NCBI RefSeq assembly: GCF_004010195.1
Contig: NC_057719.1
Span: 13,624,151-13,685,533 of the forward strand
Direction: 5' to 3'
Length of the DNA: 61,383 nucleotides
Source of the DNA: Chiloscyllium plagiosum
Taxonomy: Eukaryota
In this document: one piece after another, positions 47,110-59,190 of the stretch
Layout of the letters: every line of letters begins with the position of its first letter
Position numbering within the stretch: the stretch's first letter is position 1
The notes under the pieces: model-generated
Told to the model about the DNA's origin: nothing
The model's database searches: none
What the model saw: the letters and a program-made list of their open reading frames with translations, nothing else
Translations under genes and position numbers: made by a program

Positions 47110-47600
47110 AGAGAAAATAGAGAAAAAGATTCGTTGGTCCATCAAGTCTCATCAATTGAAAATATGGCATTGGCATTGCCAGTGTACATCTAAATGCTTC
47201 TTAAATGTTATGAGATCTTCTGCTCTACCCCTCATATAGGCAGCGGGTTCCAGATTCCCATCATGCTCTGGATAAAAAAGCCTTTCCTCACATCTCCTCC
47301 AAACCTCCTGTCCCTGACCTTAAACCACTGGTCATTGATCCCTCCATCAAAGGGAAAGGTTTCTTCCTGTCTACCCTATCTGTGCCCTCCTCACAGTTTG
47401 CTACATCCCAATCATGTCCCTTCTCAATTCCCTCTGCTCTAAGGAAAACACTTCCAGTCTGCCCAATTCCTCTTCATGACTGGAAATCTCCAGCCCAGGC
47501 CGCATCCTGGTAAATCTCCTCTCCAGTGCAATCACATCCCTCCAATAATGTGCATTCCAAAACTGCACACAATACTCCAGCTGTGGCCTAACCATTGCAC
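47110..47600 (-). mobile_element. CR1 3' fragment
   Basis: VRPQLEYCVQFWNAHYWRDVIALERRFTRM. Confidence 0.85.
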
Positions 47601-47639
47601 AGACAGCAGGGAGGATGAGCATGGCATCATTCAAGTGTA

Positions 47640-47934
47640 GGGAGCCATTCGGTGAAGGGAGGGCAACAATAATGTAATAAAGGTAGGGACACTGTCATTA
47701 GGGGGATGGATACAACTCTCTGCAGCTGCTGGTGTGAGTCCTGAAGGTTGCGTCTGCCCAGTGCCGGGGTTAAGAACATCTCCTCAGGGCTGGAGAGGAA
47801 CTTGGAATAGGAAGTGGGGATCCAGCTGTTAGTACTAATGACATCGGTAGGACTAGAAAGGACATTCTGCTAAAAGAGAGGCAGGGGGAAATAGTGAATT
47901 CTGGGCCAGTTAGCGTGACATTGGTAGTGGGAAG
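47640..47934 (+). mobile_element. Decayed CR1 ORF1/ORF2 remnant
   Basis: ctgcccagtgccggggttaagaacatc (CLPGARVxDI-like), gtactaatgacatcggt (GTNDIG), gggccagttagcgtgacattggtagtggg (RPVSLTxVVG-like). Confidence 0.65.
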
Positions 47935-49497
47935 TGTAGTGATTGAAATGAGATCAACCAGGTGGACTTCATAGAATATGAGTGGACCAGATTAATAACC
48001 TCAATCAGGGAGCCCTGGCTGACAGTTATACACAGGAGTGTCAGAGGTTCTGTTCACTCTGAGAGCTGGCCCAGAGGGGGCTGGATTAGTATCAAAGACT
48101 CTCCATGTGTAAATAAAGGGTGATTTGTTGACAGGATATGGGCCTCTGTGGAGTTATTTCAGAGGCAATGCGAGAAAAACATGCTCCTGAAGAAATTTGC
48201 TCATAATAGTCGTCTTTGAGTTGGGGTAAGCATTTCTAGTGTGATGCTGTCATTTGGGAAGCTGGCCTTGTTTGATCCTGCCATCGAAGACTAGTGAGTT
48301 TTGGAAAGATTTGTAGCGCAGGTTGAGGTTCTGGATGTAGGTTTGCTCACTGAGCTGGAAGGATCGTGTTCAGACGTTTAATCACCCTACTAGGTAACAT
48401 CTTCAGTGAGCCACCAGACTAAGCTGAATATAAACCTTCCAGCTCAGTGAGCAAACCTAAATCCGCATTGAAGACTAGGCCCAGTATATGGAAAGAATGC
48501 AATAATTTTCCCAGGGAAATGAAACTGGGGCAGAAGAAAAGCAATGCATAATTCTCCTGAATGCTCTTGTGGACTCGCAGCTTTTTCAGTTATTAAGAGC
48601 CTAATTTTCCTTGGGAATCGGTTTAGCACAGTTGACTGGATTGTTGGTTTACAGAGCAGTGTGATGCCAACAGCATGGGTTCAATTCCCATCACTGGTTT
48701 GAGGTTATCAGGAAGGACTCTTCCCTCACCTGAGGTCTGGTGGCCCTCAGGTTAAATCGTGACCAGTTGTTTCTCTCTCTAATGAGAGAGCAGCCTCTTT
48801 GGGTCTGGTAAGACTAAAGTGACGCAACAACTATCTCTGAGACACCAGATATTAAAACCCTTCAAGAGTGAACAGATTTAGTTCATGAAAATTATGATCT
48901 AAGCTTCCTCCAATTCTAACTCACTATTGGTTTTACGAGGCAATTTGAGAACCAAAGGAATTGACATTGGGATTTTTGACTGGGTTAAGGTGACTAGCAG
49001 AGGCATGTGAATTTGGTTTAAACCTTAATGAGATGCTGAGAGACCATTTGATATGTTGGGTTAATGATGTAACCATGCTGAAGAGCCTACTAGCTAAAGC
49101 CCGACTGGACTTCAACCAGGCATTACAACTGGCTTTATCACTGGAAAATGCGGCAAATGGAGCATATGAGTTACAGTGTATTCTGATGGAAGTGGACTCC
49201 CTCACCAGTTTGACTGAACTTGGGGGACACCACTTGAGTGAAGGCAATTGCATATTCTCACTCAGGACATATCCTGATCAGAGGGACGCTAGGTCAACAC
49301 CCAGCAAAACTCCAAAACAAAGCCCAGCCTCGGCCAAACAATTCCAATTTTCTTCAGGATCTGGGATGGAAAGCCATTATAACTGCTGCTGGTATGTGGA
49401 CTGAAGACAGCAAAGGAGTCCCAAGAGACCTAAACCGAGTCAGAGAACTCATAGACCATTATCCAGGAGAGAGCACATACCCTGAAAAGTCCAATAG
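47935..49497 (+). mobile_element. 3'-truncated Gypsy element: LTR 47935-48161 plus decayed gag, interrupted by a Penelope-like insert and a SINE-like piece (about 48609-48826)
   Basis: TG...CA 227-bp LTR with aataaa; gag MLSFGKLALFDPAIED* and LRDHLICWVNDVTMLKSLLAKARLDFNQALQLALSLENA. Confidence 0.8.
48295..48469. mobile_element. Fold-back Penelope-like insert (family 3) with TSD gaagactag
   Basis: Arms taggtttgctcactgagctggaagg / ccttccagctcagtgagcaaaccta. Minus-strand UCA-CUGAAGA-U-GUUACC(UAGUAG)GGUGAU-UAAA-CG-UC-UGA at 48369-48410. Confidence 0.8.
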
Positions 49498-50165
49498 ACC
49501 ATAAAACATAGGAGCAGAAATAGGCCATTCAGCCCATTGGGTCTGCTCCACCATTCAATCATGGCTGATAAGTTTCTCAACCCCATTCCCCTGCTTTCTC
49601 CCCATAGCCTTCAATCCCCTTGATAATCAAGAGCCAATCTATTTCCATCTTAGAAATATTCAATAACCAGGTTTCCACAGCCTTCTGTGACAATGAATCC
49701 CATAGATTAACTCTCTGGCTGAAGAAGTTTCTCCTTATCTCCATTGTAAAACATTTTCCCTTTACTCTAAGGCAGTGCCTCGGGTCATTGTCTATCCTAC
49801 CAATGGAAACATCTTCCCAACATCCACTTTGTACAGGACATTCGGTATTCTGTAAATTTCAATTAGATCCCCCATATCCTTCTAAACTCTATTGAGTATA
49901 GACTCAGAGTCCTCAAACGTTCCTCATACGTTAGGCTTTTTATTCCTGGAACCATTCTCCTGAACCTCCTCTGAACACACTCCAGGGCCAGTACATCCTT
50001 CCTGAGATATGGGGCTCAAAACTGCTCTGACTAGAGCCTTATAGAGCCTCAGGAGTCCATCCCTGCTTTGATATTCAAGTCCTCTCAAAATCAATGCCAT
50101 CATTGCATTTGCCTTCCTAACTACTGGCTCAACCCACAAGGTTACTTTGAGAGAATCCAGGACTA
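49498..50165 (-). mobile_element. CR1 3' fragment
   Basis: VVRKANAMMALILRGLEYQSRDGLLRLYKALVR; 3' UTR gaatggcctatttctgctccta. Confidence 0.9.
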
Positions 50166-50167
50166 AA

Positions 50168-51410
50168 AGCCTGGGAACTATAGACCAGTAAGCTTAACAT
50201 CTGTGGTGGTTAAGCTACTTGAGAAGACTCTGAGGGATAAGATATACGTGCATTAGGTGTAGCCAGCATGGGAGATCATGCTTCACAAGTTTGTTAGAGT
50301 TCTTTGAAGAAGTGACCAGGAAGAATAACTAGGGGAGGGCAGTAGATTTACTCTGCATGGATTTAAGTAAGGCCTTTGATAAGATTCCACATGTAGGCTG
50401 CTCTGGCAGGCTAGATTACATGAAATCCAGGGAGAGCTAGCAAATTGGATACACAATTGACTTGATGGTGGGAAGTAGAGGGTATTAGTGGAAGGATGCT
50501 TGTTGGACTGGAGGCTTATGACTATTGGAGTGCCTCACGGGTCAGTGCTGTTTGTTATCTATATCAATGATTTGGATGAGAATGTACAACGCATGATTAG
50601 TAAGTTTGCAGATGACACTAAAATAGGTGGCATCATGACAAGAGGACCATTATCAGAAATTGAAGCAGGACCTTGATCAGCTGAGTAAGTGGGCCGAGAA
50701 ATGGCAAATGAAGTTAAATATAGAGAAGTTGAGGTCATGCATTTTGGAAAGTCAAATCAAGGTAGGAGTTCCATGGTGAATGGTAGGGCCTGAAGGAATG
50801 TAGTGGAACACAGGGATGTTGGAGTTCAGGTACATGGTTCTCTGAAAGTGGAGTCCCAGGTGGACAGGGCAGTGAAAAAGGCTTTTGGCACACTGGCCTT
50901 CGTCAGTCAGGGCATCGAGTATAGCAGTTAGGAAGTTATGTTGCAGTTGTACAAGATGTTGGTGAGGCCACACTTAGAATATTGTGTTCAGTTTTGGTCA
51001 CCTTGTTATGGGAAGGATGTTATTAAAATGGAGAGCTTTAGGGAGATGTTGGGCAAGCTAAGACTCTTCTCCTTAGAGCATAGGAGACTGAAGGGGGATC
51101 TTGTGGAAGTGTATAAGATCATGAGAGGCATGGATGGGGTGAATGCACTCAGTCTTTTTCCCAGGTTTGGGAAATCAAGGACCCAGAGGGCATCAGTTTA
51201 ACTTTGGAGGGGAAAGAATATAAAAGAACCCGACAGGAACTTTTTTTTTTACACAGAGCCTTTGCCATATGCGCATGGTATGAGCTGCCAGCGGAAGTGG
51301 TTGAGGCAGGCACATTAACAACATTTAAAAGACATTTGGACAAATACATGGATAGGAAAGGATTAGAAGGATAATGGGCCAAGTGCAGGGAAATTAGGTT
51401 GAATGGCCCA
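50168..51410 (+). mobile_element. CR1 RT and 3' fragment
   Basis: PGNYRPVSLTSVV, YINDLDE...[25 protein letters not shown]. Confidence 0.92.
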
Positions 51411-52667
51411 CTTCTGCTGCTATGTTTTACGCTGTTGTGTAAGTGGGGTAGAAACCCCATGGGTCCTGGTACTTGATTAAGATTCCACAGTTTCTGGGGA
51501 TGGCTTCCTGAAATTTGGAGCACCTTTTCAGTTACATTTTGCTTCCCGTGAACGTACTTATTTTATTAAACAATCAGCCACTTGATATTCAAGCTGGCTG
51601 AGCCAGACTGCCCTTGACGCAAGTATTTTTGGATAAAAGCACAAAGCTGAATTTTTCAGTGCTTTAAAAAATCTCAAGCAAAGGCAGCTAATGCTTGGAT
51701 CATGCAGCAGCAAAAAGGTAGCAGCTGCGGCTGTCCTGAGCCTGTGTCAAAGCCAGAAAATAAGACTTTAAAAGCTCGAATTATAGATGAATTGCATTTA
51801 AAAAGGGAACACAACAACAGAAAGAGGAGGGAAAATACACACAGACCAATAGACTGACCTTTGGACTGCAGCGTTGATTCTGAATGCCACTATTTTTAAA
51901 ATGGTTATGGAAGCAACACAATATAAGCTTGTAGATTAAAGAATCATGATACTTGAGAGCAGAACAATCTACATTAGTTGTGGAAGAGCCAGTATTCATC
52001 TGCCTGGCATCTCACAGCTACAATAATGTGTGGGTATAATTTTAGATTGAATTATGACTGTCAGTCCACTGCTATTAAGGTTTCCAGCCACAGACAGAAG
52101 AACAGTTAGCGTGATTGGTGTGTGTATATATGTATATATATATATATCACTTGCTCATTATGTTCTTTCATACTGTGGACAATACGAATGTACGCAATTT
52201 AGGAAATCTCTCCTGGCCAATTAGCATGTCACATGCTGGGACCTTCCTATTCATTTTAGTGCAGGACCAAGTTCCACGCTGCTCTCATTGGCACATCTAG
52301 CAGCCAGAAGCCAATCATTTTATATCTTAGAAATGAAGTGGGCTCCAGCAGTGAAGTTCCATAATTATAAAAGAAAAGTTGGCTATTAGTTTCATGACAA
52401 GAGGTAAGACTATAACTGAGAGTTTTACTGATGAAGCTGGATGTACACTGGAGTCTCAACAGACAAATGTGTGAAATCCCAATTAAGCAGTTGCCGCCAA
52501 TTATTAGGAAGGGGGTGATGATGTACTCTCTGATGTCCTGAAGATTGAGAAAGCCATATTAAGCCATCACCTTTTCTCATTAAGTTCATGAATCTATATC
52601 CAAATGCATACAATATGGAAAAAATTAAGACGCTTCATTATTTGCTAGGCATTTATAGACAGTTTTC

Positions 52668-53876
52668 AGCACTAGGGGTTCAAGTATACAATTCTTTGAA
52701 GTTTGCTTCACATGTAGACAGGGTCATTAAGAAGGCAATTAGTATGCTTGCCTTCCTTGGTCAGACCTTTGAGTATCAGAGTTGGGACATTATGTTCGGG
52801 TTATAGAGCACGTTGAGGAGGCCTCTTCTGGAGTGCAACATTCAGTTCTGCTCACCCTGTTATAGGAAGGATATTCTTAAGCTGGAGAAGGTTCAGAAGA
52901 CATTTACCAGGATGTTGCTGGGAGTGGAGGGTTTGAGTTATAAGGAGGGGCTCGATAGAGCCATAGAGTCATACAGATGTACAGCATGGAAATAGACCCT
53001 TCAGTCCAATTTGTCTATTCCAACCAGATATCCTAATATAGTCTAGTCCCACTGAGTCATAGAGATGTACAGCATGGAAACAGACCCTTCGGTCCAACCC
53101 GTCCATGCTGACCAGATATCCCAACCCAATCTAGTCTCACCTGCTAGCACCCGGCCCATATCCCTCCAAACCCTTCCTGTTCATATACCCATCCAAATGC
53201 CTCTTAAATGTTGCAATTGTACCAGCCTCCAACACTTCCTCTGGCAGCTCATTCCATATACATACCACCCTCTGAGTGAAAAAGTTGCCCCGTAGGTCTC
53301 TTTTATATCTTTCCCCTCTCGCCCTAAACCTATTCCCTCTAGTTCTGGACTCCCCGGACCCAGGGAAAAGACTTTGTCTATTTATCCAATCCATGCCCCT
53401 CATAATTTTGTAAACCTCTATAAGGTCACCCCTCAGCCTCCGACACTCCAGGGAAAACAGCGGAACATTTTTCACTGGAGCATAAGAGGTTGAGGGGTGA
53501 CCTTATAGAGGTTTTCAAAAGTCAGGAGGGGTATAGATAAAGTGAATGGCAGGTGCATTTTCCCTAGGGTGAGGGATTTCAAGATTAGGGTGCACGTTTC
53601 TGAGGTGAGAGAAGAAAGATTTAGAAAGGACATGTAGAAGCAAATGTTTTAAACAGAGAGTAGTTTGTGTGTGGAATGAATTTCCAGAGGAAGTGGTGGA
53701 TGTGGGTACAGTTTCAACACTTAAAAGACATTTCAGGAAGTAAATGAATAAGAAATATTTGGAGGAATATGGGTCAAACGCAAGCAGGTAGGAGTAGTTT
53801 AGTTTTGGGATTATGTTCAGCATGGACTAGTTGAACTGAAGGGTCCATTTACGCACTGTATGACTATAGTTCTATG
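52668..53876 (+). mobile_element. CR1 3' fragment with two nested antisense CR1 tails (about 52956-53052 and 53053-53461)
   Basis: Plus-strand LEKVQKTFTRMLLG is broken at ggggctcgatag and resumes at acatttttcactggag. Two separate catagag tails lie in between. Confidence 0.88.
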
Positions 53877-54169
53877 ACACAGATTTGATGAAGGGAAAAT
53901 GCTTCCACTAAACATTAATTGTGGTAAATCAATCAATGTTTTTCACATGAGATCAACTGGCTGGAAATATGACTAAAGGTTATATATAAGGATAAGTTGG
54001 GGGTTATTTTGGAGCATTGCAAGCCATCAAGACATAAGAACAAGAGTAGATTCTTCAGCCCCCTGCACTTTCCTGGTCATTCAGTTATGACTGTGGCAGA
54101 TTGTAACTTCACCTCATTTCTTTATGTTTGCTCCAGACCTCTTAATTCCCGTATCGAACAAAATCTATT

Positions 54170-55233
54170 ACTTTCAGAGTTACACCTGACTGGTGTAGCT
54201 CACTGGAAAGTGACCCCTGTTTTTCCTCAGATTCTTGGAAAAGTTAAAGCTTTTATAAAGTACACAAAGTTCTCCAGTTTATCTGATTCAAAGACCCAGT
54301 TTCTCAAAGCATGGACCAGGTTTCTGTACTGATCAAGAACCATTAGTTATTACAAGCAATGAGATGCTAGTTACAGGTAAACAATTACAGACAATCAGCA
54401 CATAAGAACACAAATTAAAACATGAATCCCCTTATAAGCTCCCTCTTACAAGCAGACAGCCAGAGTAAAACAGGTTATGGACAGAGGAGATAAAACTGGA
54501 AAGACAGCGCAATAGTCATTGATTGCAGGTTCTGTTGTTAAGCTGATCTTCATGAACTTTCTGCTGGTCAGCACATTATTTCAACCGTCTTTCTCTGGGT
54601 GCTTCCACTGGTTGGTAAGAGATGCAAGGTGTTTGGTTCACATATAAAACATTTCTGTTTTAATAGTAAAAGTCACAGTTTACAAAAACAGCTGCAGGAA
54701 AAATAAACTTGTTTTCCTGGTTTAAAAGTTAGTGTTGACTGCCAATAATAAAGAGACTGTCCCTGAGCTGGGGAGAAGTGAACACATCTCTCTCTCTCTC
54801 TCTCTCTCTGTAATTTGTTTCCAGCTCCAACCTGTTCAGTTAGACAAGCAGGAGGCTGGAAGAACACAGCAGCATCAAGAGTTGGAGAAGTCAACATTTC
54901 AGGTGTAATCCTTCTTCAGGACCTTCTAACTAAGCTGCTCACAGTTACCTGAGACCGAATCACACAGTATTGACAGGCTAAAGGTTGATTGTCATTGGTA
55001 ACTGGTCACTAGTACATAGACCAATCAACTTCTTGTTGCTAACAAAAGCTACATCTGTCCAGCCTCCTGGCTCCAAGTAGTCTGCAACTCAACCTTCCAT
55101 CACTATTTACTCAGTTGGTTGTCTTCATGATGGTTACTTGCTTTTCAAAACATATACCTATCCTTCCAAACACTGATTTTAAAACTGCTCTTTCCCATTT
55201 CAGTCCACATTCCTTTTTTTAAATAACATCACA
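54170..55233 (-). mobile_element. Possible solo LTR-like element containing a small Penelope-like fragment (about 54845-54925)
   Basis: Right end reads tgtgatg on minus, with an internal CT tract as in the other LTRs. It lies between CR1-like remnants; left end and TSD are not clear. Confidence 0.3.
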
Positions 55234-55731
55234 AAATAAAGAGACATGATCATTGCAGCTTTCTTGAAGTCTCCAAATTTCCTAACATCCACAAGCCTTT
55301 TAGACAAGGGAGCTCCAGGTTTCCTGTACCTTTGATATGAAAAGGTAAAGTTTAAGATTTCGCACATGAAAGGTCTTTTCTGAAAAAAGAGCTTCTCGTT
55401 TTTAATTTTCACAACACTGTAAATGGTTTCTCTATACCAACTTGGTCAAATCCTTCCAACATTTTCATCACCAGGATTAATTCACTTTTCCAAAGTCAAG
55501 GAAGAACAAGCCAATCTTATACAAGATGCACTTACAATTCAACTTTCTAAACCTGCTATAATTCTGGCAAATTTGAAATGCACCCCCTTCAAAATCAATG
55601 TAATGATTGGAAATGCACAGAGATATTGTCCGAAGGTAATTATCTAACTTGATCAATTACAGTTCCTTGCAATGTAAATATATAATCTCCTGCTCTGGTA
55701 CGCTGTTGGGCAGCGCAGCTGGATGCTTAGT

Positions 55732-55945
55732 AAAAATCAAAAGAAACACAGATGCTGTAAATCAGATACAACAAAACAAGTTGCTGGAAAAGCTCCGCAG
55801 GTCTGGTAGCACTTGTGAAGAGAAATCAGATTTAATGTTTAGGGTCCTGTGACCCTTCCAGGAAGGGTCAACAGACCTGCAAATGTTAACTCTGATTTCT
55901 CTTCACAGATCTGAGCTTTTCCAGCAACTTCTATTGTTGTTTGCT
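55732..55945. mobile_element. Fold-back Penelope-like insert (family 4), 14-bp TSD with one mismatch
   Basis: gctggatgcttagt (55718-55731) and gctggatgcttggt (55946-55959); arms centred on gacccttcc-a-ggaagggtc. Confidence 0.82.
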
Positions 55946-55959
55946 GCTGGATGCTTGGT

Positions 55960-56720
55960 CCAGTAATGCCATTGAATGTCAAGAGGTGGTGGTTAGGCTG
56001 TCAGTGGGGACACAGCTTTCTCTGGCACTTGTAGTCATGAATGTTACTCGCCACTTGTCAACGTAAGTCTGATCGCTGCCTACTGTTGAAAGCAAGGACG
56101 GAATGCTGCACTGGCTGAAGCATTGCAAATGAAGCCGCACCATGATCAGTAACCAATCACATTTCTCCCTTGTTCTAAACTCAAAACTGGAAGGAGGATT
56201 GATAAAGCAGCTGAGGATGAGTGAGCCTAGGTCACTGTCCTGAGAATTTCTCCAGCTTTTGGACATGAGATCATTGGCATTCAACAAAGAGAAGCATTGT
56301 CTTTTATATCGCTTCAGCCACTGGAGAATTCTCACCAGATCCCATTTAATGTTAATTTTATTAGAATTCCTTTGTGCCATACTCAGTTAAATATTTCCTT
56401 AAAGTCAAAGGTAAGTCACTACTGTCTCATCTCTGAAATTCAGGTCTTGTGTCCATGCAATCACAATATTTAGACCTGAGCACTTCTGACAGAAATCAAA
56501 CTGAACATGGTTGAGCTGGTTTATCGTGATTAAAGTGTCACTAGCTTCCATTATTTGTTACTTTGTTCTTTGTCACTGATTGTGAGTCGAGTGATGGGAA
56601 GTAACTTGCTTGGTTGGATTTGTTCTGTTATATTTGGACAGGAAATAACTGGTACTTTTTCTCATTGCTGGGTCAATATGGTATGCTATCTGTGTGACTA
56701 GAGACAAAACTAGGTTCTAA
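55960..56720 (-). mobile_element. Old decayed CR1/L2-type LINE remnant
   Basis: YVDKWRVTF resembles the WADKWQVTF motif after the RT core. Confidence 0.5.
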
Positions 56721-57354
56721 GCACCAATACCATGATGGTATTGTACTGTTGTTCGAGTTGAATTTTCATTATTCCCAGTTTTAATTTTGGTTTTCAGCTA
56801 TGAACTGGAAACTAGGAGCTAAAGATGACTTTTGAATTATGGGTAACAGCTTGTATTAAAAGGAATTCAGACCAAATGAGTTTTTATTCATTGCTAAGAC
56901 TGGAAGTTAATTGTGGGTTGATTCCTGAGCAAAAGGTTGTGCAAATGCTTCATTACTGGGAAAGACCACTATGTTTAAAAAGAAAGCAGAAGCTGGCTAT
57001 TAATGAGGTCAGTACCCAAAAATTGGTTCCAGCAAGTCTGGAAAAGACCTTATGCTCAAACAAATGGCAGTTTTTCAATAATAACAGGGACCTCATGGTG
57101 GAGATGGTCAGTATGTCAGGAAGTAGTCAGAATTTTGATTTGGTATTTGGCCTGTGTTTTTGGTGGGAAAGAATCTGGATGTTGATGCAACAGCATAAAG
57201 ATTTGAAAACCCACTGCCTGACTTCCTATGAATCTCAAAGAGTAGAAAACTCAGTTGAAAGGCTTTTTCTGAGTGAACTGTAAAGGTGACCCTGATCAAC
57301 ACCTTCACAAAATCAACCAAGAAGCCATCATCAATACCTGTGGAAAAATGTCTC

Positions 57355-58365
57355 ACGAAACAAAAACAGAAATAGTTGGAAACGTTCAGTAGGTCTGGCA
57401 GCATGTATGAAGAGAGAAAGCAGAGTTAATGTTTTAGGTCAAATGACGCTTCCTCAAAAGAAAGGGTCACTCGACCTAACCCTTAATTCTTTTACTGTTC
57501 AAAAATCTATCTAATTTTGTCTTAAAAACATTCAAAGAGGTAGCCTCAACTGCGTCAATGGGCAGGGAATTCCACAGGTTCACAACCCTTTGGGTGAAGA
57601 AGTTCCTCCTCAACTCAGTCCTGAATCTGCTCCCCCTTATTTTGAGGCTATGCCCCATCGTTCTAGTTTCACCCACCAGTAGAAACAACCCCCTTGCTTC
57701 TGCCTTACCTATTCCCGTCATAATTTTATACGGTTCTATAAGAACACCCTCCCATTCTTCTAAATTCCAATGAACATAATCTCAGTCTACTCAACCCAGT
57801 TCTCAAAAGGAAACCTTCCCAATTCCAGAATCAACCCAGTGAACCTCCTCTACACCCCGTCCAGTGCCAGTACATCCTTCTCAAGTAGGGAGACCAAAAC
57901 TGTACATGGTACTCCAGGTGTAGCTCACCAGCACCCCATACAGCTGCAGCATAAATCTCCCTGTTTTTAATGCCATCCCTCGAGCAGTGAAGGACAGTAT
58001 TCTATTTTTCCTTCTTAATTACTTGCTCCACATGCAAACCAACTTCTCATGATTCATGCACAAGGACGCACAGTAAAGCAGCATGCTGCAAATTTTAATA
58101 ATAGTCCATTTTGCTATTATTCCTACCAAAATGGATGACCTCACATTTACAAACATTGTACTCCATCTGCCAGACCCTTACCTACTCACTTAACCTATCT
58201 GTATCCTCTGCAGACCTTCAGTGTCCTCTGCACACTGTCCACACTTCCAGTCAAAGCATACAGCACAGAAACAGACCCTTTGGTCCAATCAGTCCATGCC
58301 GACCATAATCCCAAACTAAACTAGATTCATTTGCCTACACATGACCCACATCCCTCCAAACATTA
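57355..58365 (-). mobile_element. Family 4 Penelope-like terminus (57355-57476) followed by CR1 fragments (57477-58230, 58250-58365)
   Basis: GHSLKIRGSRFRTELRRNFFTQRVVNLWNSLP. Confidence 0.85.
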
Positions 58366-58437
58366 CGTCTTTAGTTTAAGATGTAGCCTGCGATGCCTGG
58401 AGTTGATTATTCAAATGCCTGGCTGAGAACCATTAGG

Positions 58438-58561
58438 TGGGAGTGGGTGCTGCAGATGCAGGAGATTAGAGTCAAGATTAGAGTGGTGCTGGAAAAGCAC
58501 AGCAGGTCAGGCAGCATCCGAGGAGCAGGAAAATCGACGTTTTGAGCAAAAGCCCTTCATC
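58438..58561 (-). mobile_element. Penelope-like terminus (family 1), 12-bp TSD
   Basis: agaaccattagg at 58426-58437 and 58562-58573. Confidence 0.88.
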
Positions 58562-58829
58562 AGAACCATTAGGGTCAATTTTGATGATCTTTGAAAGTTT
58601 TAATTTTACTGTGTTGTAAATACAAAAGTAAAAAGGCTGATTTGGTTCAGCTGCCTGTCGCTGTGTTATAACATTGCACGGTTTGCCACAGGCAGTATTT
58701 TATGATACAAAATGCCAGTGTGCATGTAACTTTATATGATTTCCCCTTTACCTCTGGGGGCAAAATCCTCAGGGAGATAGGATAGAGTGGTTATATGGAT
58801 AAGGTGACTTTGTTCATGGAGAATTTTGC

Positions 58830-59190
58830 TTGTTTATTCGTGAGGGGTATAGATAAGGTAAACGACAGGTGTCTTTTCCCTAGTATTGGTGATTTCAAGA
58901 CAAGGGGGCATATGTTTAAGATGAGAGGAGAAAGATTTGAAAAAGACATGAGGGATGTGTTTTTTTTTACCAACAGTAGTTCATGTGTGGAAATGGTGGA
59001 TCACGTGCAGTTGCAACATTTAAAAGATATTTAGGTAAGTACATGAATAAGTAATGTTTGGAGGGATATGGGCCAAGTCCAGACAGGTGGAGCTAGTTTA
59101 GTTTGGGTTGGCATGGACTGATTGGGCCAACCTGTCTGTTTCCGTGCTGTATGGTTGGACCAAAGGTCTGTTCCTGTACTCTGATTCTAT
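58830..59190 (+). mobile_element. CR1 3' fragment with a duplicated tail segment
   Basis: VRGIDKVNDRCLFP...TRGHMFKMRGERF; ttgggccaa...tctgtttcc followed by ttggaccaaaggtctgttcc. Confidence 0.85.

Noticed and set aside
13307..58573. Sequence-specific target for the Penelope-like inserts
   Set aside because: The TSDs read here share no obvious consensus.
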